Assembly: GCA_963716395.1 (NCBI GenBank)
Contig: OY970309.1
Span: forward strand, 1,472,001-1,536,000
DNA length: 64,000 bases
Origin: an uncultured Fibrobacteria bacterium
GTDB taxonomy: Bacteria; Fibrobacterota; Fibrobacteria; UBA11236
Direction of reading: 5' to 3'
This document shows positions 48,220 to 58,334 of this stretch, one piece after another (positions within the stretch are counted from its first letter, which is position 1; each line of letters starts with the position of its first letter). The position numbers were made by a program, and so were the translations under genes. The notes below the pieces were generated by a model. It made no database searches, was not told the DNA's origin, and was given only the letters and a program-made list of their open reading frames with translations.

Positions 48220-50767
48220 ATTCGTACCCGAGGAAAATCGGCAGGAAGGGAAATTGGTAGAAATAGGTCTTGGTGGGAGGGTTGGCGTTGCGGTCGATGT
48301 TCACCAGAAACGGGTTCTTGCGGCCGAACACGTTGATGATAGTCCAGTAAAAGCGCCATTTATGCACGCGCCCGATGTCGATGGGCGTGATATCAAGACG
48401 CGCGTAATAGGGCACGTTGAAATCGTTGGGGTCGTCGGTGAAGGTTTGCAGCGCCGGGGTTTGCTCCGGCAGCCCTTCGGGTTCAAACGCGTCGTGGCTG
48501 CGGGTGTAGTCGAGTCCGGTATACGGCAGTCCGGTATGGATGTTCCATTGCAGGCTGCTGCGAAAATATTTTCCCCGCGACGCGGAAGGCCATAACGCGT
48601 CGTTTTTGCCTCCCCGCCAATTCACGGCCAAGTTCAGTTTGAAGGTTTGACGTTGATCCCAATCGGCGTAATAGGGCCGGAAAAAGGTTTGCAGGCTGTC
48701 GGTGCCGGTCGCCAGCGGCTTCAAGACGGCCACGGCGTAAGCATAGCTTGCTTCTCCGCTCACCGCGCCTTGGTCGCGTTTCAAGGAGAATTCGGCGCCG
48801 AGCGCATAGCCGTTGAGATAGCCGAAGAGCTTGGATATATCGGATCGATGCGTGGAACTGTCGACGCTGCCCGTGAGGCTGGGATCGAAGAGGGGAATGC
48901 TGCGGATATCTTTGTAATAGCCGTCGAGCGACGCGGTCAGCCCCCAGCGCGTCCAGTCGCTGCGCTCCACTCCGGTCGACGCCAAGAGCGAGGTGGTGGG
49001 CGGCATGGGGCTTTTCACCGCGTACCAGAATTCGTTGATGGTTTCCTGATCGGTGAAGCTCAGCGAGGTCAGGTATTGGTGGTAGTAGCCGAGATGGGCG
49101 TCATAGCGCCAATTCTTCGCGGGCCGGTAGGTGTAGGTCAGGCGCGGATCAAATTGAAAATAATCTTCGAGGTGTTGCAGGTGAAAGGCCAAATCCTTGC
49201 CGCCGGGCTGGATGGCCGGGTAATTGTATCCGCGTACCCCGAAGGTTACGGTATGCCGTGGGTTCACCACCCATTTGTCCTGCAGGTAGGCCTGCTGCAG
49301 GTTGAGGGCGTAGACATCTTCCTGGTAACTCGCCAGCAGGGGGAAGTTATAGCTGAAGTCGATCCAGAAACGGTTGAACTCATAGCCGGCCGCAAGCGTG
49401 TGCCCCGGAAATCCTGCATAGTGCAAATCCTGGCGGGTATTCAGCGTGCCGATGGAATTGCCCAGGTTCAGCACGCTGGCGACGGCGAAGTTTTGGTCGA
49501 AGCCCGAATACGCCAATACCCCGTCGTACGACCAATACGGCGACAGCCGCCAATGCACGTTCACGGGCACATCGAGGTTACCCCAATCCGCCGCCAGCGG
49601 AGAGATGTTCAGGTTGTCGCGCCCCTGGTACCAGGACACGCGCACCGTGTCGTATTGGTTTCCCCAGGCGAGGTTGCCCTGCCAGTCGTAGAAGAAATAG
49701 TCGAGGTGAAAATCGGTGAGATTGAGGCCATCGGCCAGGTTGAGGGCCTGATCGATCCAGGTGCGGCGCCCCGCCAGAACCCATGACCAGTCGCCGCGCC
49801 GGCCGTCGGTTTCGGCCGATCCCGAAAAGGTGGTGACGCGGGCGCTGCCTTCGGCATGTGTGCTGTCGCCCAACGCCGTGCCGGACAGGCGGCTGGTCGA
49901 GTCGTAGGTCGAACCGCCGTCTTTGCTGTGCACGACCAACACCGAGGCCAGACGATTGCCCCAATACGGATCGAAGCCGCCTTCGTAAAAATCGAGCCCC
50001 CCGATGCCATCGGCCAGAAAGGTGGAGAAGAGGCCGCCGAAATGCGAAGGCGAATACACCACGGCATTGTCGAACAGCACCAGGTTTTCGTCGCTGGGGC
50101 TGCCACGCACGTACAGCTTGGTGGAAAAATCCGACGAAGAAACCACGCCCGGCAAGGCCTGCACGGCGCGGATGACGTCGGGTTCGGCGAGTCCCGGCAG
50201 GCGTTTGACCTGTTGGGTGGTGACGTGCTCCTCGCCCAAGGCCAGGGGCCGACGGTGGCCGTGCACCACCACGGTGCGACTGTTGTTGCCGTTATCCAGG
50301 TTCACCGCGTTGCGCTGCGCCGCGACCCGTGCCGCTGAATCCACTGCGGGAGGCGGAGCCGGTGTGGTGTCGACCACGGTGCGGGCGGTGTCGATAAAAT
50401 GCAGGGGGGCCAATTCCAGGGTGTCGTACCCCGACGGGTGCAGGGGTACGCAGGCCTTTTGCGCGCCCTGCTCCAGACACAAACTCAACACGCCGCCGGT
50501 GCGGGTGGCGCTATCCAGCAGCAGACGGATTTGCCAGCGGCCGGCAGAGTCGGCCCGGGTCGAGGTCGAATCGATACGCACTTGCGCGCCCGGAGGCGCC
50601 TGGCCGTTGAAAATCACGGGATGCCGTGTGCGGGCGGTCGCGTCATGGGGTGCGGTCTTGGTGGTGGTATCGGCCCCGGAGGCGGCGGAAAGTGGCAGCG
50701 CCATGCCGGTGCAGAAAACCACCGCACCGAAAATCAGAGGGTGGATTTTTTCAGCGCCGGCGATCAT
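48209..50767 (-). CDS. TonB-dependent outer-membrane receptor
   Basis: Plug motifs PDVIRAVQALPGV, LYVRGS...NLVLFD...H..GLFS; barrel motifs DPRL, DGYYK, YARLD, NVFGRKN; terminal YEF. Confidence 0.92.
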   Translation of the reverse strand: MIAGAEKIHPLIFGAVVFCTGMALPLSAASGADTTTKTAPHDATARTRHPVIFNGQAPPGAQVRIDSTSTRADSAGRWQIRLLLDSATRTGGVLSLCLEQGAQKACVPLHPSGYDTLELAPLHFIDTARTVVDTTPAPPPAVDSAARVAAQRNAVNLDNGNNSRTVVVHGHRRPLALGEEHVTTQQVKRLPGLAEPDVIRAVQALPGVVSSSDFSTKLYVRGSPSDENLVLFDNAVVYSPSHFGGLFSTFLADGIGGLDFYEGGFDPYWGNRLASVLVVHSKDGGSTYDSTSRLSGTALGDSTHAEGSARVTTFSGSAETDGRRGDWSWVLAGRRTWIDQALNLADGLNLTDFHLDYFFYDWQGNLAWGNQYDTVRVSWYQGRDNLNISPLAADWGNLDVPVNVHWRLSPYWSYDGVLAYSGFDQNFAVASVLNLGNSIGTLNTRQDLHYAGFPGHTLAAGYEFNRFWIDFSYNFPLLASYQEDVYALNLQQAYLQDKWVVNPRHTVTFGVRGYNYPAIQPGGKDLAFHLQHLEDYFQFDPRLTYTYRPAKNWRYDAHLGYYHQYLTSLSFTDQETINEFWYAVKSPMPPTTSLLASTGVERSDWTRWGLTASLDGYYKDIRSIPLFDPSLTGSVDSSTHRSDISKLFGYLNGYALGAEFSLKRDQGAVSGEASYAYAVAVLKPLATGTDSLQTFFRPYYADWDQRQTFKLNLAVNWRGGKNDALWPSASRGKYFRSSLQWNIHTGLPYTGLDYTRSHDAFEPEGLPEQTPALQTFTDDPNDFNVPYYARLDITPIDIGRVHKWRFYWTIINVFGRKNPFLVNIDRNANPPTKTYFYQFPFLPIFLGYEYEF

Positions 50768-51248
50768 GGGTGGGGACTTTCTGCTGGGAGGCTCCGTCGG
50801 CGACTTTCCCGCACAAAGTGGAAAACTGGGCCAGCTCTGCGTCGGAAAAATTCCGGAATAATTTCACCAGTTCTCCGAAACGGCGTTGGCGCAGATCGCG
50901 GATGGTTTTTTTACGGGCGGCGGGAATTTTCAGCGAAAGGCCGCGCCGATCGTGCGCGTTAACGGTGCGTACCAGGTATTTTTTTTCCACCAGTTCGTCG
51001 ACCAATTGGGTGGTGGCGCTGCTGGTAATATGCAGTTCTTCGGCGATCTCCTTGATGCCGACGTTTTTCCCGCGCAAGACCACCGCCAAAATGGCCCATT
51101 GCGCCGGGGTGATGCGAGCCCGGTGTGCGGCGCGCGTTGCCTGCCCGGCCAAAAATCTCGGCATGCCCTGCCGATCGACGAGCATGCGCCGCAGTACGCG
51201 CAGGCTGCGGAAAACATTTTCGATCTGCTGGCGGCGGGCGGAAATCAC
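50751..51248 (-). CDS. MarR-family transcriptional regulator
   Basis: ITPAQWAIL, IKEIAEELHITSSATTQLVDELVEKKYLVR...DRR; overlaps the receptor start. Confidence 0.9.
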   Translation of the reverse strand: MISARRQQIENVFRSLRVLRRMLVDRQGMPRFLAGQATRAAHRARITPAQWAILAVVLRGKNVGIKEIAEELHITSSATTQLVDELVEKKYLVRTVNAHDRRGLSLKIPAARKKTIRDLRQRRFGELVKLFRNFSDAELAQFSTLCGKVADGASQQKVPTHDRRR

Positions 51249-51255
51249 GGGAAAA

Positions 51256-51296
51256 ATTTAGATCGGCGACTTAATAAGTAAGGATCTTAAATAAGA
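51256..51296. promoter_or_regulatory. AT-rich palindromes upstream of marR, candidate autoregulatory operator
   Basis: ACTTAATAAGT (51269-51279) and TCTTA-AA-TAAGA (51285-51296), with flanking ATTTAGATC/GATCTTAAAT arms. Confidence 0.45.
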
Positions 51297-51432
51297 AAAG
51301 GGATTTCCGTCAAACGGCGCGGCGGGTCCGCCTTCCGTCGCCAGCAAATTACGCATTCGCCGGGCCGCGAAGGGCCACGACCAGGCCCGAAACGGTGACA
51401 TTTCGTAACGTGAATTAATTCTGCTGCGCGGT

Positions 51433-53517
51433 TCAATACCCCGGGCCAACCGGAACGGTTACCCGCCGCGCGCCGACCACATCGATTACGCTGCGGGCCT
51501 TGAGCAGCGCTTCCTTCCATTCGGCCTCGGGATCCGAATCGGCCAAAACGGCCCCCCCGCAGCCCAGACGCCAATCACGTCCCCGCTGTTCCAGGGTGCG
51601 AATAGTCATGGCCAGGCAGAAGGCACCCCCCGAGAAATACCCCAGGGCGCCGGCATAGGCGCCGCGCGGTTCGGCCTCTATCGCGGCCAGCAACTCCACC
51701 GTGCGTTCTTTGGGCGCGCCCGTCATCGATCCGCCGGGAAAGCAGCTCCACACGGCCCCGCAGGGGTCCAAGGCCGGGTCGAGCCGCCCGCGGATTTCCG
51801 ACACCAGTTGATGAACGCCCGGATGGGTTTCGACCTCGAACAGCGCAGTAACCTGTACGCTACCCAGGGCGCACACGCGGCTGAAATCATGCCGGGTCAA
51901 ATCGACAATCATGCGGTTTTCGGCCCTCTCCTTGGGGTGATGGCGCAATTCTTCCCGCAATGCGGCGTCGCGTTCCGGTGTTGCGCCGCGCGGCCGGGTT
52001 CCCTTGATGGGCCGGCTACGCAAGCCGCCCTCGGGCGTGGCTTCGAGAAACAATTCCGGCGACGAGGATAAAAGGCGTAAGTCGTCGAAGACAAGATAAG
52101 CCGCATACGGCGCCGGATTCCCGCGCCGCAGCCGCCGGAATATGGAGAGCGCGTCGGCCGCGCTTTCGACCTTGAAAGCCTGGGTGAGGCAGGCCTCGTA
52201 GGTGTCGCCGGAAGCGATGGAGTGCTGCAGACGGCGCACGCACGCACAATAGCCGGCCTGCGGCAAATCGGCCCACCAGAGCAACAGGGGCGGCAAAGCA
52301 TCGGCGCCGTTTGTAGCTTCGGCCACTTTTTCCGCAGCCGGATTAGGCCAGCCGTCGCACACCGTTTGCAGCCATTCCGGCGGGTGCGGCGAATTTCCCC
52401 AGGCGGCGTAAACGCGGCCGCCGTGGTGATCGAAAATCACAAAGCCCTCGGGTTCCAGCCAACGTCCCAGCGGTTCTCCGTCGTCAGACCCGGCCGGCGC
52501 AGTACCAACGGGCATGGTGAGATGATGCAGCTCATACCCGAAATGGCCCACCGGTCCACCGCGATACCCGCACCAAGGCGCCGCGGCGTCGGCGTGGCAG
52601 GCTTGCCGGCGGGCGGCGAACAACTCCAACGGCGGCCCGGCGACCGACGCGCTGCGCCAGCGGGCGGAGGTTGCATCCCAACGCCGGATTTCCAGTCCGT
52701 CCCGGCGTAACCTGCAAACAACGTCGGCCTTTCCCATCGCGGTGACCGGCCACCCCGCAGCCGGGCGTGCCTGTTCGCCGTCGAGCCAGAAGGCGGCGCG
52801 CTCCCCGGCGAAATGCCGCACGAACACGGCTTCGGGATCGCGCCAGGGCAGCTCGCGCCAGCGCAGGTCGGCCGACACCGAAGCAGACATAGCGTGTGGC
52901 ACCGGGGGGTCACCCTGCGGTGGGACGGGTCGCGCCAACGGCGCGCCGAGAAAGTTTCGCAGCAGCGCTTTGCCGTGGGCGGTTCCCACGGATTCGGGAT
53001 GGAATTGCACTCCGAACCAGGGGCGGTCGCGAAAGCGCAGCCCCATGATCTGGCCGTCGTCTTCGGACCGGGCCGTGACTTCAATGTTACGGGGCAAGCC
53101 GTCTTCGGCCACCGTCAGCGAGTGATACCGGATGGCTTCGAAACCTGGCGGTAAGCCTTGGAACAAACCCCGTCCGTCATGCAGAATGCGGCTGGGCCGG
53201 CCGTGGCGCGCGCCGGGCCAGGGCAGAATGCGCGCGCCGGCGAAATGGGCCAGTCCTTGATGACCCAGGCACACGCCGAGAATCGGGCGCGCGGGAAAGA
53301 GTTCGAGCACGGCGCGGCAGATGCCGAAGTCGCGAGATTGCGCCGGGTGGCCCGGTCCCGGCGAAAACACGGCGGCGTCGAACTCGAGTTTCAGGAGGTC
53401 TGCTTCGGTGATGGCGTCATTGCTGACAAACCAAGGCTTTTCACCCGCCAGCTCCCACAAATAATGGAACAAAATGGCGCTGAAGGAATCGTGATTGTCG
53501 ATCAGCAGAACGCGCAT
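51433..53517 (-). CDS. pabAB: Fused aminodeoxychorismate synthase (PabA glutaminase plus PabB)
   Basis: IDNHDSF, SPGPG, GVCLGHQ, RYHSL, QFHPES; SSSPELF, PabB-type PIKGT, MIVDL.R.D, FPGGSMTGAPK. Confidence 0.9.
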   Translation of the reverse strand: MRVLLIDNHDSFSAILFHYLWELAGEKPWFVSNDAITEADLLKLEFDAAVFSPGPGHPAQSRDFGICRAVLELFPARPILGVCLGHQGLAHFAGARILPWPGARHGRPSRILHDGRGLFQGLPPGFEAIRYHSLTVAEDGLPRNIEVTARSEDDGQIMGLRFRDRPWFGVQFHPESVGTAHGKALLRNFLGAPLARPVPPQGDPPVPHAMSASVSADLRWRELPWRDPEAVFVRHFAGERAAFWLDGEQARPAAGWPVTAMGKADVVCRLRRDGLEIRRWDATSARWRSASVAGPPLELFAARRQACHADAAAPWCGYRGGPVGHFGYELHHLTMPVGTAPAGSDDGEPLGRWLEPEGFVIFDHHGGRVYAAWGNSPHPPEWLQTVCDGWPNPAAEKVAEATNGADALPPLLLWWADLPQAGYCACVRRLQHSIASGDTYEACLTQAFKVESAADALSIFRRLRRGNPAPYAAYLVFDDLRLLSSSPELFLEATPEGGLRSRPIKGTRPRGATPERDAALREELRHHPKERAENRMIVDLTRHDFSRVCALGSVQVTALFEVETHPGVHQLVSEIRGRLDPALDPCGAVWSCFPGGSMTGAPKERTVELLAAIEAEPRGAYAGALGYFSGGAFCLAMTIRTLEQRGRDWRLGCGGAVLADSDPEAEWKEALLKARSVIDVVGARRVTVPVGPGY

Positions 53518-53592
53518 GCGCCGCAAAAGATACTGCCCGATGGGTGTCGTTCATTCGGCGCGCCGGCGACCTTGGGTTCTACTTTGGTCGCG

Positions 53593-54480
53593 ATGCGCCG
53601 CCGGCGGTTCCGAATCCTGGTTTGGCTTGGGTGGGCCGGGCTGTCGGCGGCGCGGCTTTGCGCGCAAGAGGCGCCTTACTCACTCAACCCCTATGCCGAA
53701 TCGGCTTGGCTGCTGTCGGCCTGGGCCGGAGATGCCATCGGCCAGCAGCGGTTGACCTCGATGACGCCGGCGCTCCCCGACGATTTGCACCGGGCCGATC
53801 TGGCGCCGTGGGATCGGTTTGCGGCGGGTTGGTACAATCCTGCGGCGGCCACGGCCAGCGACGTGCTGGTGGTGGCCGTAGCCGGCGCGGACGTTTACGC
53901 CGCCATGTGGGGCGCCGCCACCGGCGTGGCGGGCTGGCCCGCGGCCGGCGAAGACGCGGTGATGTTGGCCGAAACCCTGTCTTGGGATGCCGCGCTCAAT
54001 CTCAATGTGCGCGCCTTGCGTCTGCACCCGCGGCCGATGGTGTACGGCTCGAACGCACCTGCGAGCGAACGGGAGGCTCCGCAAGCGGCCGGCAGTTTTT
54101 ATTCCGGGCATGCCTCCGCGGCCTTTGCCGGCGCGGTGTTTCTGGCCACGGTGTACCCGCAGCGCCATCCGGAATTCCATCATCGAACCGCCTTGTGGGC
54201 AGGCGCCTTGGGTGCAGCCGCCTTAGTGGCCGGGTTGCGCGTGGCGGCCGGCAAGCATTTTCCCTCGGACGTGATCGCGGGAGCGGCGGCCGGAAGCTTC
54301 ATGGGCTGGGCGTTTCCCCTGCTTCATCGCAGCGGGGAAAATTCCGAAGGGCTGCGTTTATGGCCGATTCCGGACGGAGCGGCCGTGCAATGGGTTTACG
54401 CCTTTTCGCGCCACAGCTCCGCGGGCGCCCCCAAGGCGATGTCGGCGGCGTCGACGTCGAGCGGTTTGGAGAAGAAATAA
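53593..54480 (+). CDS. PAP2-family phosphatase
   Basis: HPRP, SFYSGHAS, RVAAGKHFPSDV; signal-like N-term; last 85 bp overlap the convergent gene. Confidence 0.85.
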   Translation: MRRRRFRILVWLGWAGLSAARLCAQEAPYSLNPYAESAWLLSAWAGDAIGQQRLTSMTPALPDDLHRADLAPWDRFAAGWYNPAAATASDVLVVAVAGADVYAAMWGAATGVAGWPAAGEDAVMLAETLSWDAALNLNVRALRLHPRPMVYGSNAPASEREAPQAAGSFYSGHASAAFAGAVFLATVYPQRHPEFHHRTALWAGALGAAALVAGLRVAAGKHFPSDVIAGAAAGSFMGWAFPLLHRSGENSEGLRLWPIPDGAAVQWVYAFSRHSSAGAPKAMSAASTSSGLEKK

Positions 54481-57104
54481 CCCTGGCCGTAACCCACGCC
54501 GTGGCGCAGCAGATGTTGCAGTTGCAGCGAGGTTTCGATGCCTTCGGCCACCACGTCCATACCCATGGTTCCGGCCATGGCGTTGATAACGCGGATGATT
54601 TCGTCTTCTTTGTTGCCAGCCTCCAGGCGCGACACGAAGGAGCGGTCGATTTTGAGCGTGTGAAAGGGAAAGCGATGCAGATAGCTCAACGAAGAATAGC
54701 CGGTGCCGAAATCGTCGAGGCTGAGTTGAAAGCCGAGCCCCCGCAGTTCGCGCAGCACTTCGGCAGCGCGATCGGGGTTGGCCATCAACGCGCTTTCGGT
54801 CAATTCGAGTTTCATCGACGACGGCGCCACGCCCGCTGCCGTACAGGCGCTGCGAATCTGCGCCGCCAGATTCGCGTCTTCGAGTTGCTTGCCCGAGACG
54901 TTCACAGCCATGGTCAGCGGCGGCTCGCCGGGAAAGCGATCCTGCCATGCGCGCAACTGGCGCGCCGCCTCTTCCGTCACCCATTTTCCCAAGCCCAGAA
55001 TGATTCCCGTCTCTTCGGCCACGGGAATGAAGTCGTCGGGAGGCACCAGCCGTTCTTGGGCGGGATGGCGCCAGCGCACCAGGGCTTCGAAGCCGGTGAG
55101 GCGGCGGTCGCGCAAATTGATGATGGGCTGATAATGCAGCAAAAATTCGCGGCGGTCGAGCGCCTTGCGCAAATCGGTTTCCAACCGCAACAGGTGAACG
55201 GCCTTGGCGTGCATCGAGGTGTCGAATACCGCGTAGCAGCCCTTGCCGTTGCCCTTGGCCCGGTTCAGGGCGGTGTCGGCGTCGCGCAGAATTTCTTCGG
55301 GGGCGCGGTACGAGGCCGTGCCCAGGGCGATGCCGATGCTGCCGGGGGCATAGACTTCCTGATCTTCGATGCGGATGGGTTCGGACATTTCACGCAGCAG
55401 GCGTTGTGCCAGATCTTCGGCCGGGCCCACGCGGTCGATGTCTTCCAGTAAAAATCCGAATTCGTCTCCGCCCAGGCGCGCCAGGGTCGCTCCCGCCGGC
55501 AGCAGGCGCTCGAACCGGCGTCCGAGTTCGATGAGCAAGGCGTCGCCGCGGGAATGCCCCATGCTGTCGTTGATCATTTTGAAGCGGTCGAGATCGAGTA
55601 AAAGCACCGCGCAGTGGTCGCCGGGCCGGCGCACGGCGCGATCCAGGGCCCGGCCCACGCGCTCGAGAAACAGGAAGCGGTTGGGCATGCCGGTCAAGGC
55701 GTCGTGCAGGGCGTCGTGCAGAATGCGCTCTTCCATCAGTTTGCGGGCGGTGATGTCGACCACCATGCCCTCGAAGAATTGCAGACGGCCGTCGGACGCG
55801 TTCACCCTGCGCGCGTTTTCCGAAATCCAGATCACGGTGCCGTCTTTGCGGCGTACCTGCGATTCGAAGTTATTCACCTTGCCTTGACTCGAGACCTCCG
55901 ACACGAATTCGGCGCGGCGCGCCGGGGCCAGGTAGGCTTCGGTCATGGCGCGGGCCGGCTGGGCCATGAGTTCTTCGGGATTTGCGAAGCCGAGAATCGT
56001 GGCCAGGGCGGGATTGGCTTTGCAAAATTGGCCGTCGGGTGCAGTCTGGTAAATGCCTTCCACGGCGTTCTCGAAAATGCTGAGGTATTGCTGGGTGGCC
56101 TGCTGCAGCGCCAGATCGGTTTTCTTGCGCTCGAGGGCGTTGATGAGCAATTCTCCCGCCACGCGCAACGTCGAAGCGTGCCCATCGGCCCAGCAACGCT
56201 CTTCGCGCAAGGACTCGATGGTCATATAGCCGCGAGCATTGCCCCGGTAGACCAGCGGTACCATCATCACCGAATGCGCCTGGCGCTGTTGGAACGAAGC
56301 GCGTTCGGCCTTGGCCTCGCCCGGCAGGGCGGCGAGGTTGCGCAAGAAAATCGAATGCAGGCCTTCCACCCTTTCCCGCAGCCACGGCATTTCCCGCAGG
56401 TCCACCGTGGGCGGTAGGGGCGGGGGATTCTCCAATTCCTTCGCGCGCCATTCATGCGAGCGCCCCAGCACATCATCGTTAGGATTTTGAAACTGGAGAA
56501 TGCTGATGCGGTCGGCGCCCGCCCATTGGCCCAGAATGCGAAAGGCGTACTGGATGCCCGCGTCGATGCGGTCGGCCGTGAGATTGATGAAATGGGTCGA
56601 CAGCGAGGTGATCATGGTTTCGATGTGCAGTTGTTCCTGCAGACGCCGGTTTTCCTCGCGCCAGGGGCTTTCCTGCATCGCTCCGAGCCATACCCATCGA
56701 CGCCGGTAGCGGTAGCGGGTGGCGGTCACCTGGAAATAAAGTTCGCGGTCCGAGCCTTCGTTCCAGGTCTCTTCCACCCGCACGGGCTGGCCGGCTTCCA
56801 GGCGCCCGTCGCTCAAAATCGCGCCGCAACGCCGCAGCACCGTCTTCCACGGCGCGCCGCGCCGGAGCGCCGCGTTTGGCCCCAACAATTTCTCCGCATA
56901 AAAATTGATCTCGATCACGGTTCCCGCGGGATCGAGCAGCACCAAGGCGACCGGGCAGGCCCGGAACCAGGCGGGAATGCCCGCGGCGCTTTCGCTCGGC
57001 GGCGGGGAATGCGGCAGCCAATCCGGGGAAGAAAAAGCCGAAGTCATGCCTTCGGTTTCCGCCATTTCCGGCCGCTGGGAAATCATTTTTCCTCGCACGC
57101 TCAT
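54396..57104 (-). CDS. PAS-GAF-PAS-GGDEF-EAL c-di-GMP enzyme
   Basis: HDALTGMPNR, DLDRFKMINDSMGH, RLGGDEF, EALVRW, DDFGTGYSSL, LKIDRSF, QGYFFSKP. Confidence 0.95.
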   Translation of the reverse strand: MSVRGKMISQRPEMAETEGMTSAFSSPDWLPHSPPPSESAAGIPAWFRACPVALVLLDPAGTVIEINFYAEKLLGPNAALRRGAPWKTVLRRCGAILSDGRLEAGQPVRVEETWNEGSDRELYFQVTATRYRYRRRWVWLGAMQESPWREENRRLQEQLHIETMITSLSTHFINLTADRIDAGIQYAFRILGQWAGADRISILQFQNPNDDVLGRSHEWRAKELENPPPLPPTVDLREMPWLRERVEGLHSIFLRNLAALPGEAKAERASFQQRQAHSVMMVPLVYRGNARGYMTIESLREERCWADGHASTLRVAGELLINALERKKTDLALQQATQQYLSIFENAVEGIYQTAPDGQFCKANPALATILGFANPEELMAQPARAMTEAYLAPARRAEFVSEVSSQGKVNNFESQVRRKDGTVIWISENARRVNASDGRLQFFEGMVVDITARKLMEERILHDALHDALTGMPNRFLFLERVGRALDRAVRRPGDHCAVLLLDLDRFKMINDSMGHSRGDALLIELGRRFERLLPAGATLARLGGDEFGFLLEDIDRVGPAEDLAQRLLREMSEPIRIEDQEVYAPGSIGIALGTASYRAPEEILRDADTALNRAKGNGKGCYAVFDTSMHAKAVHLLRLETDLRKALDRREFLLHYQPIINLRDRRLTGFEALVRWRHPAQERLVPPDDFIPVAEETGIILGLGKWVTEEAARQLRAWQDRFPGEPPLTMAVNVSGKQLEDANLAAQIRSACTAAGVAPSSMKLELTESALMANPDRAAEVLRELRGLGFQLSLDDFGTGYSSLSYLHRFPFHTLKIDRSFVSRLEAGNKEDEIIRVINAMAGTMGMDVVAEGIETSLQLQHLLRHGVGYGQGYFFSKPLDVDAADIALGAPAELWREKA

Positions 57105-57288
57105 AACGACCTGCTGACCCGTACTCCGGCTCGAAGTTCACGGATCGGTTTCGGTTCTGCTTTCATCATACGGGTTGGCCGGGGGGAGCGAAACCCTGAA
57201 ATCCGCATGTCCCTGCAAAAAGATTTTGAGGAATTGGCGCCTGGCTTCCGCCGCTTCGCGATCTTTCCGGATTGCGCCCGGGGGCGGT

Positions 57289-58134
57289 TCATTGGAACAG
57301 GGCCAGAACGTCTTCGGGCGCCTGATTGGCTTGGCTGAGCATGGCCGTGGCGCTTTGCGACAGGATTTGCGCACGGGTGAAATTGGTGGTTTCCGTGGCG
57401 AAATTGACGTCGGCGATGCGCGACTCGGCGTCCTGCGTGTTGTAAATCTGGTTGTCCAGGTTGTTCATGGCGAACTGGAGTCGGTTCACATAGGCGCCCA
57501 AATCGGCGCGCACCGTGTTCACCGAAGTCAGCGCGGTGTCGATGAGCGACAGTGCCGACAAGGCCGAGGCATCGGTGCTTACGCCCGCATTGGCCAATCC
57601 CAGCGCGCCCAAAGTCATGGAGCCGATGGAGATGGTGATGCGGTCGACTGAGGTGCTGGAACCGGCGCCGATGTGCAGCACCGACGACACGCTGCCGGTG
57701 GCACCGAACGAACCGGCGGCCCCGTCGAGCAAGGTCATACCGTTGTACGAGGCCGAACCCGAAATGCGCTGGATTTCCTTGGAGAGCTGCCCGAATTCGG
57801 TATTGGTGTAGGAACGCTCGGTAGTGGTCATGGTGTCGGTGGCGCTTTGAATGGCCAGCTCGCGCATGCGCTGGAGAATGTCGTTGATTTGTCCGGCGGC
57901 GCCTTCGGCGATGTTGAGCAGGGCCGAGCCGTCGTTGGCGTTTTGCTTGGCCTGGGTCATGCCGTTGATGCGGGCGGTCATGGATTGCGAAATCGACAGG
58001 CCGGCGGCGTCATCGCTGGCGCGATTGATCCGGAGGCCGGTCGAGAGTTTTTCCAGGGAAGACGAGAGCGCCGTCTGGTTCTGGGATAGGGCGTCCTGCG
58101 TAATCATGGCCGCAATATTGTGATTGATGCGCAA
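57289..58134 (-). CDS. fliC: Flagellin copy 3 (281 aa, TTG start)
   Basis: RINHN, LEKLSTGLRINRASDDAAGL, LQRMRELA, AESRIADVNFA, ILSQ; GGAGGT RBS before TTG. Confidence 0.95.
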   Translation of the reverse strand: MRINHNIAAMITQDALSQNQTALSSSLEKLSTGLRINRASDDAAGLSISQSMTARINGMTQAKQNANDGSALLNIAEGAAGQINDILQRMRELAIQSATDTMTTTERSYTNTEFGQLSKEIQRISGSASYNGMTLLDGAAGSFGATGSVSSVLHIGAGSSTSVDRITISIGSMTLGALGLANAGVSTDASALSALSLIDTALTSVNTVRADLGAYVNRLQFAMNNLDNQIYNTQDAESRIADVNFATETTNFTRAQILSQSATAMLSQANQAPEDVLALFQ

Positions 58135-58140
58135 TCCAAA

Positions 58141-58183
58141 ACCTCCCTGTTCCGCATCGCCGGGCCGCATCCTTGCCGCCCGG
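58141..58183 (-). promoter_or_regulatory. CsrA-type leader of flagellin 3: GCA-AGGA-TGC hairpin plus AGGGA overlapping the SD
   Basis: Minus strand CCGGGCGGCAAGGATGCGGCCCGG...AACAGGGAGGT. Confidence 0.65.
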
Positions 58184-58209
58184 GGCCGTTACACTTCGAC
58201 CCGATCTCT

Positions 58210-58237
58210 TTATCGGATCAGGCGAAGATTCACTTGA
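58210..58237 (-). promoter_or_regulatory. Sigma28 (FliA)-type promoter of flagellin 3
   Basis: TCAA-N16-TCCGATAA on the minus strand. Confidence 0.65.
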
Positions 58238-58277
58238 AGATTTTCTTCAGCTTTGGATGGGCGCGGCAGCGCTCATG

Positions 58278-58310
58278 AAAAAGGCCCGAAGGGGAAAACC
58301 CTTCGGGCCT
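58278..58310 (-). terminator. Rho-independent terminator after flagellin 2
   Basis: 12-bp stem AGGCCCGAAGGG/CCCTTCGGGCCT followed by a U tract on the minus strand. Confidence 0.9.
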
Positions 58311-58334
58311 GAATGTCCGCTCTGGTTTTTTTTA

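Noticed and set aside
54396-54480. 85-bp convergent overlap of PAP2 and the GGDEF-EAL gene as an antisense regulatory system
   Set aside because: The PAP2 tail after WVYAF looks like a non-conserved read-through extension; short convergent overlaps are common in GC-rich genomes
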